A stretch of 64,000 nucleotides of DNA from Isoptericola halotolerans (GTDB lineage Bacteria; Actinomycetota; Actinomycetes; Actinomycetales; Cellulomonadaceae). This document shows, in pieces, positions 39,712-49,400 of this stretch. The stretch covers positions 186,001 through 250,000 of the forward strand of contig NZ_JABEZU010000004.1 in assembly GCF_013149785.1 (NCBI RefSeq), given 5' to 3'. A program made the position numbers and the translations under genes. A model generated the notes under the pieces. The model had not been told where the DNA came from. It ran no database searches and was given only the letters and a program-made list of their open reading frames with translations. The stretch's first letter is position 1. Each line of letters begins with the position of its first letter.

Positions 39712-40458
39712 ATGCCCCACGAAGTCCGCCTGCTCGACGACGTCCGCCCGGACGAGTCCGCCCACGAGTTCCTGCCCGGCATGGCCCGCGGCTGGCTGAT
39801 GCCCTGGTACGACCTGGTCGCCCGCTTCCGCGGCCTGGGCCGCCTGTACCGCCGGACGGTCGAGCTCGCTCAGGTCGGCCCCGGCCAGCGGGTGCTCGAC
39901 GTCGGCTGCGGCACCGGCAACCTGACCCGCGAGGTGCTGCGCGCCGCGCCGGACGCCGTCGTCACCGGCCTCGACCCCGACGGCGACTCGCTGCGCCGCG
40001 CGGCCCGCAAGCTCCGCCGTCGTCGCGGGGGCGAGGTGACGCTGGTGCGCGGCTTCGCCCACCGGCTGCCCGTGCCGGACGCGAGCCAGGACCACGTGGT
40101 CTCGTCCCTGGCGCTGCACCACGTGCCGGCCGCCGAGAAGGAGCTCCTCGCCGCGGAGATCGCCCGGGTCCTGGCGCCGGGCGGACAGGTCACGATCGCG
40201 GACTTCGCCGGTGACCATGCGAGCGCGCACGGGCACCACGACGGAGACGACAGGGGCCACGAGCACGGCGCGAGCCACCGTCACGGACGGGGCGGCCACC
40301 AGCCCGGTCACGGACCGGGGAGCCGCACGCACGACGCCGACAACGCCGACGGGGGCATCGAGCGGCTGCTCACCGCCGCCGGCCTGGCCGACACGCGCAC
40401 GGTGGAGCGCATGCCGCTGCTCGGCGACTCCGTGGTGTTCGTGCGCGCCCACAGGTGA
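39712..40458 (+). CDS. Class I SAM-dependent methyltransferase
   Basis: VLDVGCGTG, SSLALHH, RVLAPGG; AGGAG RBS. Confidence 0.9.
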   Translation: MPHEVRLLDDVRPDESAHEFLPGMARGWLMPWYDLVARFRGLGRLYRRTVELAQVGPGQRVLDVGCGTGNLTREVLRAAPDAVVTGLDPDGDSLRRAARKLRRRRGGEVTLVRGFAHRLPVPDASQDHVVSSLALHHVPAAEKELLAAEIARVLAPGGQVTIADFAGDHASAHGHHDGDDRGHEHGASHRHGRGGHQPGHGPGSRTHDADNADGGIERLLTAAGLADTRTVERMPLLGDSVVFVRAHR

Positions 40459-40471
40459 CCATGCCTCGGAC

Positions 40472-40891
40472 TCAGGTCCGACTCCACGGATCGACGACCT
40501 CGGTGCCGCTGTCCGCGAAGTGCCGGACGTTGCGCGTCACGACCGCGGCCCCGTGCGCCCTGGCCACGGCGGCGATCATCGCGTCCAGGTCACCGGCCGG
40601 TCGCCCGGCCCGCTCCTGACGGCTCCGCACCACGGCGTACTCGACGGCAGCGGGCTGGTCGAACGGCAGCACCCGGTCGCGGAACCTCTCCGAGAGGATC
40701 GAGAGCACCGCTGCGTGGAGCGCTTCTCGCCGGCGTCCGGAAGGCAGCCGGGCCACACCGAAGAGCAGCTCACCCACCACCACGGACGTCGTCCACAGGT
40801 CGTCGTGCGACCTCAGCCATCGCAGGACGCCGGTATCGGGCGCTCGACGCGTCAGCTCCGAGAGAACGTTCGTGTCGAGGAGGTAGGTCAC
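40472..40891 (-). CDS. vapC: VapC/FitB PIN-domain toxin
   Basis: YLLDTNVLSE, VVGEL..G, DAMIAA, VTRNVRHF..VVDPW. Confidence 0.93.
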   Translation of the reverse strand: MTYLLDTNVLSELTRRAPDTGVLRWLRSHDDLWTTSVVVGELLFGVARLPSGRRREALHAAVLSILSERFRDRVLPFDQPAAVEYAVVRSRQERAGRPAGDLDAMIAAVARAHGAAVVTRNVRHFADSGTEVVDPWSRT

Positions 40892-41208
40892 CCCTCGAGC
40901 TCCACGGCCGGTCGGGACGGCGCCTCGGGACGCCCCGGGAGCCAGTCGTCATCCCAGGCGGGATCCGCCCAGGCCTCGTGGAGGGCAGAGCGCGCGCGGT
41001 CGATCCAGTCGCCGCCTGCCGGCGCGTCGCGAGGCGGGCCGTCCTCCGGCGCCTCGCCCCGGCGGACGCCGATCGCGGGTGCCGTCACCGCGCCCGCGAG
41101 GATCGCGCGCACCTCGGCCTCCATCGACCGATGGTGCCTGCGCGCACGCTCCTTGATCTGCCGGTGCAGCTCGTCGTCGAGCCCTCGCACGGTGATCGTC
41201 ATCGACAT
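40888..41208 (-). CDS. FitA-like ribbon-helix-helix antitoxin
   Basis: TITVRGLDDE..KERARRHHRSMEAEVRAIL; AAGGAGG RBS; GTGA overlap with toxin. Confidence 0.88.
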   Translation of the reverse strand: MSMTITVRGLDDELHRQIKERARRHHRSMEAEVRAILAGAVTAPAIGVRRGEAPEDGPPRDAPAGGDWIDRARSALHEAWADPAWDDDWLPGRPEAPSRPAVELEG

Positions 41209-41256
41209 CACTACCTCCTTGACAGCAGAATGCTAGCACTCTGCGGGGAGTGCGGC

Positions 41257-42105
41257 TCAGTCCGGGTCGGTCGGGTCCAGCGGCTGGTCGGGGTCCAGGT
41301 TGACGGTCCCGCGCCGCCAGTAGCCCGCGACCGCGAGCTGGTCCGGGCGCGCGCCGGCCTCGTGCCGCAGGTAGCGGCGCACGGGGACCAGCTCGCCGGC
41401 CTCGCCGAGCGCGACGACGAGCTCGCCGTCGTCCACCCCGCCGAGGGACCGCACGGCCTCCTCGACCTGGCCGGGCCCGTCGGTGCGGTAGAGGATCTCG
41501 ACGGCGGCGTGGCCGAGCTCGGACTCCACGAACGACTCGTCCACGTCGTCGCCGATCTCCACGACCGCCGTCACCGGGACGCCCGGACCCACGGCCGCCA
41601 CCCAGCGCGCGGCGGCGGGCAGGCCGGTCTCGTCCACCACGACGATCAGGCGACGGATCCCCTCCGGGACGCCGAGGCTGCCGCGGGGCCCGGCGAGCAC
41701 CACCTCGTCACCGACGGCAGCGCGCGCCGCCCAGGCCGACGCCGGCCCCTCGTCGCCGTGCAGCACCCAGTCGACGTCCAGCTCGGCGACCCCGTCGACC
41801 GTCCGCTGCGCGCGCACCGTGTAGTCGCGCGAGATCGACACGACACCGGTCGGGCGATGGAGGCCGCCGTCGGGTGCGATCGTCGGGGCGTGCAGCTCCC
41901 CGGTGGCCGGGTCGGGCAGGAAGACCTTGACGTGGTCCTCCGGCCCCGGCGCCCGGAGCGCCGCGAGGGACGACGGCGCCGCCGGGTCCGCGCCGTCGAC
42001 GTCCCGGAAGGTGGTGCGGACCATCGACCCGGTGAGCCGGCGGACGTCGTGCACGCGCACTCGGCGCGGGATCAGGTCGAACGAGGTGCGGGAGCGGGTG
42101 AACAT
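41257..42105 (-). CDS. Siderophore-interacting protein (ViuB-like)
   Basis: DHVKVFLP, SRDYTVR, DWVLHG.GPASAWA, DETGLPA, GEA, GYWRRG. Confidence 0.9.
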   Translation of the reverse strand: MFTRSRTSFDLIPRRVRVHDVRRLTGSMVRTTFRDVDGADPAAPSSLAALRAPGPEDHVKVFLPDPATGELHAPTIAPDGGLHRPTGVVSISRDYTVRAQRTVDGVAELDVDWVLHGDEGPASAWAARAAVGDEVVLAGPRGSLGVPEGIRRLIVVVDETGLPAAARWVAAVGPGVPVTAVVEIGDDVDESFVESELGHAAVEILYRTDGPGQVEEAVRSLGGVDDGELVVALGEAGELVPVRRYLRHEAGARPDQLAVAGYWRRGTVNLDPDQPLDPTDPD

Positions 42106-42183
42106 GGCCCGATCCCATCACGGGCACGGCGGCCCGTGAAGGGAGCCCTGGTGCGCGCGCCGCGCGTCCGGGAGACTGGGCCC

Positions 42184-42636
42184 ATGACCGATCCCTACCA
42201 GCCGCCCCAGCCGTACTCGACACCGGGCTCGAACCCGGCCGAGGAACCCGGGACCACGCCGGGTCCCTCGCAGCCGTCGTCCGGCTACGGGCAGCAGCCC
42301 GGCGCCCAGCAGCCTCCGCAGCAGGGTTACGCCCCGGGATACGGGCAGCCCGGCTACCCTCAGCCGGGCTACCAGCCGGCGTACGCGCCGGACCCGCCCG
42401 GCAAGACGATGGGGATCATCGGCTTCGTGCTGGCGTTCATCTTCTCGCCGGCCGGGATCGTGGTGTCCGCGCTGGCGCTGTCCGACTCGAAGAAGGCCGG
42501 CTACGACAACGTCCTCGGCAAGTGGGGCCTGTGGCTGTCGATCATCTTCACGGGCCTGGGCGTGCTCATCGTCCTGGCCTACCTCGCGTTCGCCGTCGCC
42601 CTGTTCGGCACGGTGGTCTCGACGGTCAACTACTGA
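42184..42636 (+). CDS. DUF4190-like membrane protein
   Basis: P/Q/Y/G-rich N-terminus followed by two TM helices. Confidence 0.75.
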   Translation: MTDPYQPPQPYSTPGSNPAEEPGTTPGPSQPSSGYGQQPGAQQPPQQGYAPGYGQPGYPQPGYQPAYAPDPPGKTMGIIGFVLAFIFSPAGIVVSALALSDSKKAGYDNVLGKWGLWLSIIFTGLGVLIVLAYLAFAVALFGTVVSTVNY

Positions 42637-42638
42637 CG

Positions 42639-42679
42639 CACGACGGGCGGGGCCCACGACGTGAGCCCGGCCCGTGGTG
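42639..42679. terminator. Hairpin between convergent genes
   Basis: Imperfect stem CACGACGGGCGGGGCCCAC / GTGAGCCCGGCCCGTGGTG. Confidence 0.5.
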
Positions 42680-42686
42680 GTGGACG

Positions 42687-43814
42687 TCAGGCGAAGAACG
42701 CCCGCAGGTCCGCGACGACGTCGTCGGGGACCTCCAGGGCGGCGAAGTGCCCGCCGCGCGGGAACTCCGACCAGTGCTCGATGCGGGCGTTGTCCCGCTC
42801 GGCGAGGCTGCGGATCGTCTGGAAGTCGTCGGCGAAGACGGCCACCCCGATCCGCCCGGTGCTGACCACGGGCTCCGCCCCGGCACGCTGCTCGGCGTGG
42901 TACTGGCGCACCGCCGTGGCGTAGGAGTTGGTCAGCCAGTAGAGCGTCGCCTGGGCGAGCACCTGCTCGGGGCGCACCAGGGCCGTGCCGTTGCCGAAGC
43001 TCTCGAAGAGCTCGTGGTAGGCGAGCACCGCCACGGGTGAGTCCGCCAGCCCGGCGGCGATCGTCTGCGGCCGGGACGCGTTCATCACGTTGTACGCCCC
43101 CACGGACTGGAACCACTGCATGTGCTCCAGCGCGGCGAACTCCTTCGGGCCGAACCCGTCCATCTCGCCGTCGGCCCCGGACGGGAACGAGAAGAGCTGG
43201 AGCACGTGCGCCCCGCGGAAGCCCTCGGGGTCGACGACGGCGAGCTCGCGGCCGACGAGCGCGCCGTTGTCGCTGCCGTGCACGCCGTAGGAGTCGTAGC
43301 CGAGCCCGCGCATGAGGGTGTCGTAGGCCCGGGCCACCCGCGCCGTCGTCCAGCTCTCGCCGACCAGCGGGGTCGAGAACCCGAACCCGGGCACCGAGGG
43401 GATCACCAGGTGGAAGGCGTCCTCGGCGCGGCCGCCGTGGGCGACCGGGTCCACGAGCGGGTCGATCATGTCGAGGAAGTCGAGCACCGAGCCGGGGTAG
43501 GTGTGGGCCAGCAGCAGGGGCGTCGCGTCCGCGTGCTCGGAGCGGACGTGCAGGAAGTGGATCGGCTGGCCGTCGATCTCGGTGCGGAAGCCCGGGTAGG
43601 CACCGAGGCGGGCCTCGACGGCACGCCAGTCGAAGCTCTTCCACCGCTCGACCATGTCGCGCAGGTAGGACTCGGGCGTGCCGTACTCCCAGGAGTCGCC
43701 GGGGGCGGCCGGGGCGAAGCGGGTGCGCTCGAGCCGCTCGTGCAGGTCGTCCAGGTCGGCCTGGGGGACCTCGACGGCGAAGGGGCGGATCGTGAGCCCG
43801 GTGGTGGTGTCCAT
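42687..43814 (-). CDS. Epoxide hydrolase family protein (EHN + alpha/beta hydrolase)
   Basis: IRPF..DLDDLHERL, IHFLHVRS, HTYPGS, PSVPGFGFS, GSDNG, GGHFAALE. Confidence 0.92.
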   Translation of the reverse strand: MDTTTGLTIRPFAVEVPQADLDDLHERLERTRFAPAAPGDSWEYGTPESYLRDMVERWKSFDWRAVEARLGAYPGFRTEIDGQPIHFLHVRSEHADATPLLLAHTYPGSVLDFLDMIDPLVDPVAHGGRAEDAFHLVIPSVPGFGFSTPLVGESWTTARVARAYDTLMRGLGYDSYGVHGSDNGALVGRELAVVDPEGFRGAHVLQLFSFPSGADGEMDGFGPKEFAALEHMQWFQSVGAYNVMNASRPQTIAAGLADSPVAVLAYHELFESFGNGTALVRPEQVLAQATLYWLTNSYATAVRQYHAEQRAGAEPVVSTGRIGVAVFADDFQTIRSLAERDNARIEHWSEFPRGGHFAALEVPDDVVADLRAFFA

Positions 43815-43936
43815 GACGGTTCTCCCGGTGTCGGTGCGGGGCAGGTGCCTCGCTGCTGTCTTCGACGATAGGAAAGGATCAGGAACACTTCGTTCCGTTA
43901 TTCTCGACGTACCGTCACGGGTTCGAGGAGGTCACT

Positions 43937-44893
43937 CTGAGCACCACCGCGTCACGGCTCCTCGCCCTGCTCGGGCTCCTGCAGTCCCGTGCCGACTGGT
44001 CGGGCGCCGAGCTGGCCGCACGGCTCGACGTCACCGACCGCACCGTGCGCCACGACGTCGCCCGCCTGCGTGAGCTCGGCTACCCCGTCGACGCCGTCCG
44101 CGGGCCCGGTGGGCGCTACCGCCTCGGCGCCGGCGCACGGCTGCCCCCGCTGCTCCTCGACGACGACGAGGCCGTCGCGGTCGCCGTCGGGCTGCGGACC
44201 GCCACCGGCACCGCAGGGCTCGAGGAACCGGGGCGGTCCGCCCTGGCCAAGCTCGAGCAGGTCATGCCGGACCGCCTGCGCCGCCAGCTCACCGCGCTCC
44301 GCACGGCCAGCACGGCCGGACCGGCGAACACCGACTCGGACGTCGAGGACCCGGAGGTCGACCCCGGCGTCCTGCGCGACGTCGCCGCCGCGATCCGCGA
44401 CCACCAGGGGCTGCGGGCCTTCTCCCGGGGCGAGCCCGTGGAGCTCGAGCCGTACCACCTCGTCGCCTGGCAGCGGCGCTGGTTCCTCGTCGGGCGCGAC
44501 GTCCCCACCGGGACCTGGGCGCCCTACCGCGTGGACTGGCTCGAGCTGCGCACCCCTGGCGGGCGGCGTTTCACCCCGGCGCCGTTCCCCGGCGATCTCA
44601 CCGAGTTCGTGGTCCGCGAGGTCGCCCGCACCGGGTGGGCCGTGCACGCCCGGATCGTCGTCGACGCCTCGGCCGAGGAGGTGCTGGCCCGGATCAACCC
44701 CGCCGTCGGCACCGTCGAGGCGCTGCCGGACGGCCGGTCGGTGCTGGTGACCGGCGGTGACAGCGTCGAGACCGTCGCCGTGTGGAGCGGCATGCTCGGG
44801 TTCGACTTCCACGTCACCGAGCCGCCGGAGCTGGTCGAGCACGTGCGCGTCCTGGCGGACCGCTACACGCGGGCCGCTCCCGCTGCGGGCTGA
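43937..44893 (+). CDS. YafY-like HTH-WYL transcriptional regulator (probable CTG start)
   Basis: In-frame extension upstream of GTG 44045 gives STTASRLLALLGLLQSRADWSGAELAARLDVTDRTVRHDV; EPYHLV..RWFLVG, YRVDW; GAGGAGGT before CTG 43937. Confidence 0.85.
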   Translation: MSTTASRLLALLGLLQSRADWSGAELAARLDVTDRTVRHDVARLRELGYPVDAVRGPGGRYRLGAGARLPPLLLDDDEAVAVAVGLRTATGTAGLEEPGRSALAKLEQVMPDRLRRQLTALRTASTAGPANTDSDVEDPEVDPGVLRDVAAAIRDHQGLRAFSRGEPVELEPYHLVAWQRRWFLVGRDVPTGTWAPYRVDWLELRTPGGRRFTPAPFPGDLTEFVVREVARTGWAVHARIVVDASAEEVLARINPAVGTVEALPDGRSVLVTGGDSVETVAVWSGMLGFDFHVTEPPELVEHVRVLADRYTRAAPAAG

Positions 44894-45765
44894 CGGGACG
44901 GCTCGCGACGCGCCACCAGCCAGACCGCCGCCGCGCACACGAGCGCCCCCGGGACCGCGAGCAGCCCCGGCACCTGGCCGAGCTGCAGCCCTGCCCATGC
45001 CGCGGTGACCGGCGGCGTGAGGTAGAGCAGCGTGCTCGCGGCCTGCGGTCCGCTGCGCCGCAGCACCACGAGGTAGCAGCCGTACCCGCCGACCGTCGCC
45101 AGGACCACCAGCCACACGACGGCCACCCAGAAGGTGGGCGCACCCTCCGGCGGCGCCACCCGGCCGGTCACGGCCGCGATGGCGACGAGGGCGACTCCCG
45201 CCGCCAGGGTGTGCACGGCCAGGTCGCCGAGGAGGTCCCCGCCGTCGGGCGCCCGGCGCTCCAGGACCGTCCCCAGGGACATCGACAGCATGCCGCCGAG
45301 CGGGAGCAGGTACGCCCACCACGGCGCGGTCCCCTGTCCTACGTCGCCGAGGACGACGAGCAGCACGCCGAGGAGCCCGACGGCCAGCCCGAGGCGCTGG
45401 CCCGGCGACGTGCGCTCGCCCCAGGCCGCGTGCGCCAGGGCCGCGACGACCAGCGGCTGCAGCGCGGCGACGAGCGCGGCCGTCCCGGCGTCCACCCCGA
45501 GCCCGACGCCCCCGATGATCCCGCCGAGGTAGCCGGCCTGGGTCAGCAGGCCGACGACGACGGCGTGGCGCGTGCGACGGTGCGGCACGCGACCGCGGCG
45601 GGCGCGCAGCACGGCGAGGACCGCGAGCGCCAGCGCGCCGGCGAACAGGTACCGCCAGGCGAGCAGGGTCAGCGGTGAGGCGTCGCGCGTGCCGAGCTCC
45701 GCCCCGATGAAGCCGGAGCTCCAGAACACGACCAGCCCGACGGCTGCGACAGTGTCTCGTCTCAT
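44863..45765 (-). CDS. EamA/DMT transporter
   Basis: FWSSGFIG, LAWRY, AALQP, LYLTPPVT; about 10 TM segments. Confidence 0.9.
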   Translation of the reverse strand: MRRDTVAAVGLVVFWSSGFIGAELGTRDASPLTLLAWRYLFAGALALAVLAVLRARRGRVPHRRTRHAVVVGLLTQAGYLGGIIGGVGLGVDAGTAALVAALQPLVVAALAHAAWGERTSPGQRLGLAVGLLGVLLVVLGDVGQGTAPWWAYLLPLGGMLSMSLGTVLERRAPDGGDLLGDLAVHTLAAGVALVAIAAVTGRVAPPEGAPTFWVAVVWLVVLATVGGYGCYLVVLRRSGPQAASTLLYLTPPVTAAWAGLQLGQVPGLLAVPGALVCAAAVWLVARREPSRQPAAGAARV

Positions 45766-45780
45766 GGCCTCGACGCAACC

Positions 45781-45794
45781 ATACCGGTCTGTAT
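45781..45794. promoter_or_regulatory. Putative TetR operator ATACCGGTCTGTAT
   Basis: Near-palindrome between divergent EamA and TetR genes. Confidence 0.4.
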
Positions 45795-45826
45795 ACTCGC
45801 AGTACCCTCTTCTCCGGGAGCGCACC

Positions 45827-46438
45827 ATGACGACCATGTTCGAGACGCCGGCCCCGATCTTCGCCGAGCCCGAGCTCACCCCCGCCGGCCACGCCCTCCT
45901 CGACGCCGCCAGCGAGCTCTTCTACGCTCGCGGCATCCGCGCCGTCGGCGTCGACCTCGTCGCCCTCGAGGCGGGCACCACCAAGAAGACGCTCTACGAC
46001 CGCTTCGGGTCCAAGGACCGGCTCGTCGCGCAGTACCTCACCCGCCGCGGCGCCCGCTGGCAGCACCACGTCCTGGAGCTGGTCGCGGCGCAGCCAGACC
46101 CCCGGCGACGCATCCTCACCGTCTTCGACGCGCTCGAGGCCTGGCACGCCGGCCAGGACCGCGGGTGCGCCTTCGTCAACGCCCACGCCGAGGTCGGCGC
46201 CGACGACGCCGCGACCCGCGACGTCGTCCGCCGCGAGAAGGACTGGATGCGCCGGCTCTTCGTCGCCCTCGCCGCCGGTGCCGGACTCACCGACCCGCAG
46301 ACGGCCGGCGCGTCCGTCCACCTGGTCTACGAGGGGGCGCTGGTGCTCTCGACCGCCGGCGGCCGACCCGACGCGCTGACCGAGGCGCGCGCGACGGTGG
46401 AGGCACTGCTGGCAGCGTCGACGCCGGCCGCCGAATGA
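45827..46438 (+). CDS. TetR-family regulator
   Basis: LLDAASELFYARGIRAVGVD..AGTTKKTLYDRFGSKD; GCAFVN. Confidence 0.93.
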   Translation: MTTMFETPAPIFAEPELTPAGHALLDAASELFYARGIRAVGVDLVALEAGTTKKTLYDRFGSKDRLVAQYLTRRGARWQHHVLELVAAQPDPRRRILTVFDALEAWHAGQDRGCAFVNAHAEVGADDAATRDVVRREKDWMRRLFVALAAGAGLTDPQTAGASVHLVYEGALVLSTAGGRPDALTEARATVEALLAASTPAAE

Positions 46439-46468
46439 GCTTGCGCGGCCTTGCGAGAATGGGAGGCC

Positions 46469-49400
46469 GTGAGCACCGAGACCTCATCCACCCCGCAGCC
46501 CGCCGACGACGGCGGCGCACGCGGCGACCGCCGGGACCGGCGCGGCGGTGAGCAGCACGCCGGGAAGGACGGCGCCCGCCGCCGTCGCGGCCGCGGCGGC
46601 GGCGGGAAGTCGAGCCAGAGCAGGAACGGACGCGGCCCGGCGCGGGTGAGCCGCGACCAGCTCGACCGGGCAGCGGCAGCGCGTGCCGCCGTCGTCGTCC
46701 CCGACATCACCTACCCCGAGCAGCTCCCCGTCTCCGCACGGCGCGAGGACATCGCCGCCGCCATCGAGAAGCACCAGGTCGTGGTGGTCGCCGGCGAGAC
46801 CGGCTCGGGCAAGACGACACAGCTGCCGAAGATCCTGCTGGACCTCGGCCGAGGGCGGGCCGGCCAGATCGGGCACACGCAGCCGCGGCGGATCGCGGCA
46901 CGGTCGGTCGCCGAGCGGGTCGCCGAAGAACTGGGGACGGAGCTGGGCGGCGTCGTCGGCTACCAGGTGCGGTTCACCGACACCTCCAGCGCGGACACGC
47001 TGGTCAAGGTCATGACCGACGGCATCCTGCTCGCGCAGATCCAGCGCGACCCGGAGCTGCTCGCCTACGACACGATCATCATCGACGAGGCGCACGAGCG
47101 GTCGCTCAACATCGACTTCCTGCTCGGGTACCTGTCGCGGCTGCTGCCGCGCCGTCCCGACCTCAAGCTCATCGTCACCTCCGCGACGATCGACTCCGAA
47201 CGGTTCGCGGCGCACTTCTCGCCCGCGCACCTGGCGGAGGTCGGCGGTGCGCCGGCCGCCGTCGTCGACGTCCTGCCCGACCACGCGCCGGTCATCGAGG
47301 TGACCGGACGCACCTACCCGGTCGAGATCCGCTACCGCCCGCTGTCGCCGGACAGCGACCCGGACGCCCCGGCGAAGAAGAAGGGTGAGGAGAAGGACCT
47401 CGTCACCGGCATCGTCGAGGCCTGCGACGAGCTCATGCGCGAGGGCCCCGGCGACATCCTCGTGTTCCTCTCCGGGGAGCGCGAGATCCACGACGCCGCC
47501 GACGCCCTCGAGGGCCACCTCAAGGAACGCGCCCGCGACCCCAAGCACCCCCAGCACGTGGAGATCCTCCCGCTGTACTCGCGGCTGTCCGCCGCCGAGC
47601 AGCACCGCGTCTTCCAGCAGCACTCCTCGCGCCGGATCGTGCTGTCCACGAACGTCGCCGAGACGTCGCTGACCGTGCCCGGCATCCACTACGTCGTCGA
47701 CCCCGGCACCGCGCGCATCTCCCGCTACTCCAAGGCCACCAAGGTCCAGCGGCTGCCGATCGAGCCCGTCAGCCAGGCCAGCGCCAACCAGCGCTCCGGC
47801 CGCTCCGGCCGCGTGGCCGACGGCGTCGCGATCCGCCTCTACGCCGAGGACGACTTCGAGAGCCGGCCAGAGTTCACCGAGCCCGAGATCCTGCGCACCT
47901 CGCTCGCGTCGGTGCTGCTGCAGATGATCTCCGTCGGCGTCGTGGAGACGCCCGACGACGTCGCGAAGTTCCCGTTCGTCGAGCCCCCGGACACGCGGGC
48001 CGTGCGTGACGGCGTCCAGCTCCTCACCGAGCTCGGCGCCCTCGCCCGCCCGCAGCGCGACGGCTCCGCGACGCAGACCCGGCTCACCGACGTCGGCCGC
48101 ACGCTCGCGCAGCTCCCCATGGACCCGCGGCTCGCCCGCATGATCATCGAGGGCTCACGGCGCGGGGTCGCCCGCGAGGTCTCGATCATCGCGGCGGCGC
48201 TGTCGATCCAGGACCCGCGCGAACGCCCGGCCGAGGCCCGGGAGCAGGCGGACCAGCAGCACGCACGGTTCCGCGACCCGTCGTCGGACTTCCTCGCCTA
48301 CCTCAACCTGTGGGAGTACCTGCGCGAGCAGCAGCACGCGATGGGGTCCTCGGCGTTCCGCCGGCTGTGCAAGAGCGAGTACATCAACTTCCTGCGGGTC
48401 CGCGAGTGGCAGGACGTCGTCGCGCAGATCCGGCAGATGGGCAAGCCCCTCGGCATCGATCTCTCCTACCAGCCGACCACCGGCGGGCCGTCAGCGGCGG
48501 GGTCCGGTGCGCCGCCGTCGAGCCGTAGCGGAGGGCCCCCTGGGGCCCGTGAGCGAGGCAGCGCACCGGACCCCGCCGCTGACGACCATCGACAGGAGTG
48601 GGACGGCGACACCATCCACCGCTCGCTGCTCGCCGGGCTGCTCTCCCAGCTCGGCATGCAGGAGACCAACGAGGTCAAGGCGTCCTCCGTCGCCCACCTG
48701 CGCGGCGAGGCACGCGCCCGCGCGCTGCGGCAGGCCGCCAAGCGCGCCCGCAACGAGTACCTCGGGGCCCGCGGCGCCCGTTTCGCCATCTTCCCGGGCT
48801 CGCCGCTGAGCAAGAAGCCACCGGCCTGGATCATGGCCGGTGAGCTCGTGGAGACCTCCCGCCTGTGGGCCCGCGACGTCGCCCGCATCCAGCCCGAGTG
48901 GGCCGAGGAGCTCGCCGGCGGCCTCGCCCGGCGCACCTACGCCGACCCGCACTGGTCCACCAAGCAGGGCGCGGCCATGGCCACGGAGAAGGTGCTGCTG
49001 TACGGCGTGCCGATCGTCGCCGACCGCCCGGTCCTGTTCGCGAAGGTCGACCCGGAGGCCGCCCGGGAGATGTTCGTCCGGCACGCCCTCGTCGAGGGGA
49101 AGTGGACCACCCACCACCGGTTCTTCGCCGAGAACCGCCGCCTGCTCGCCGAGGCCGAGGAGCTCGAGGCCCGCTCCCGGCAGCGTGGCCTCATGGCCAG
49201 CGAGGACGACCTCTTCGCGTTCTACGACGAACGCGTGCCCGCGTCGGTGGTCAGCGCCCGGCACTTCGACACCTGGTGGAAGAAGGCCCAGCACGACGAC
49301 CCCGACCTGCTGACCCTCACGCTCGACCAGCTCGTCGATTCTGCCGACACCGCTGCGCTTCCCGAGATGTTCCCCGAGACGTGGACGCAGGGTGAGATCA

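Noticed and set aside
40472..41208. TA pair as part of a mobile element
   Set aside because: No integrase, transposase, att-like repeats or tRNA nearby
42106..42183. IdeR/DtxR iron box upstream of the siderophore-interacting protein
   Set aside because: No TTAGG-N-CCTAA-like sequence present
43937..44893. WYL protein as a marker of a phage-defence island
   Set aside because: YafY-type regulator divergent from an epoxide hydrolase, with no defence genes adjacent
44863..44893. 31-bp convergent overlap between WYL and EamA genes
   Set aside because: Short tail-to-tail overlaps are common in GC-rich genomes; no sign of function
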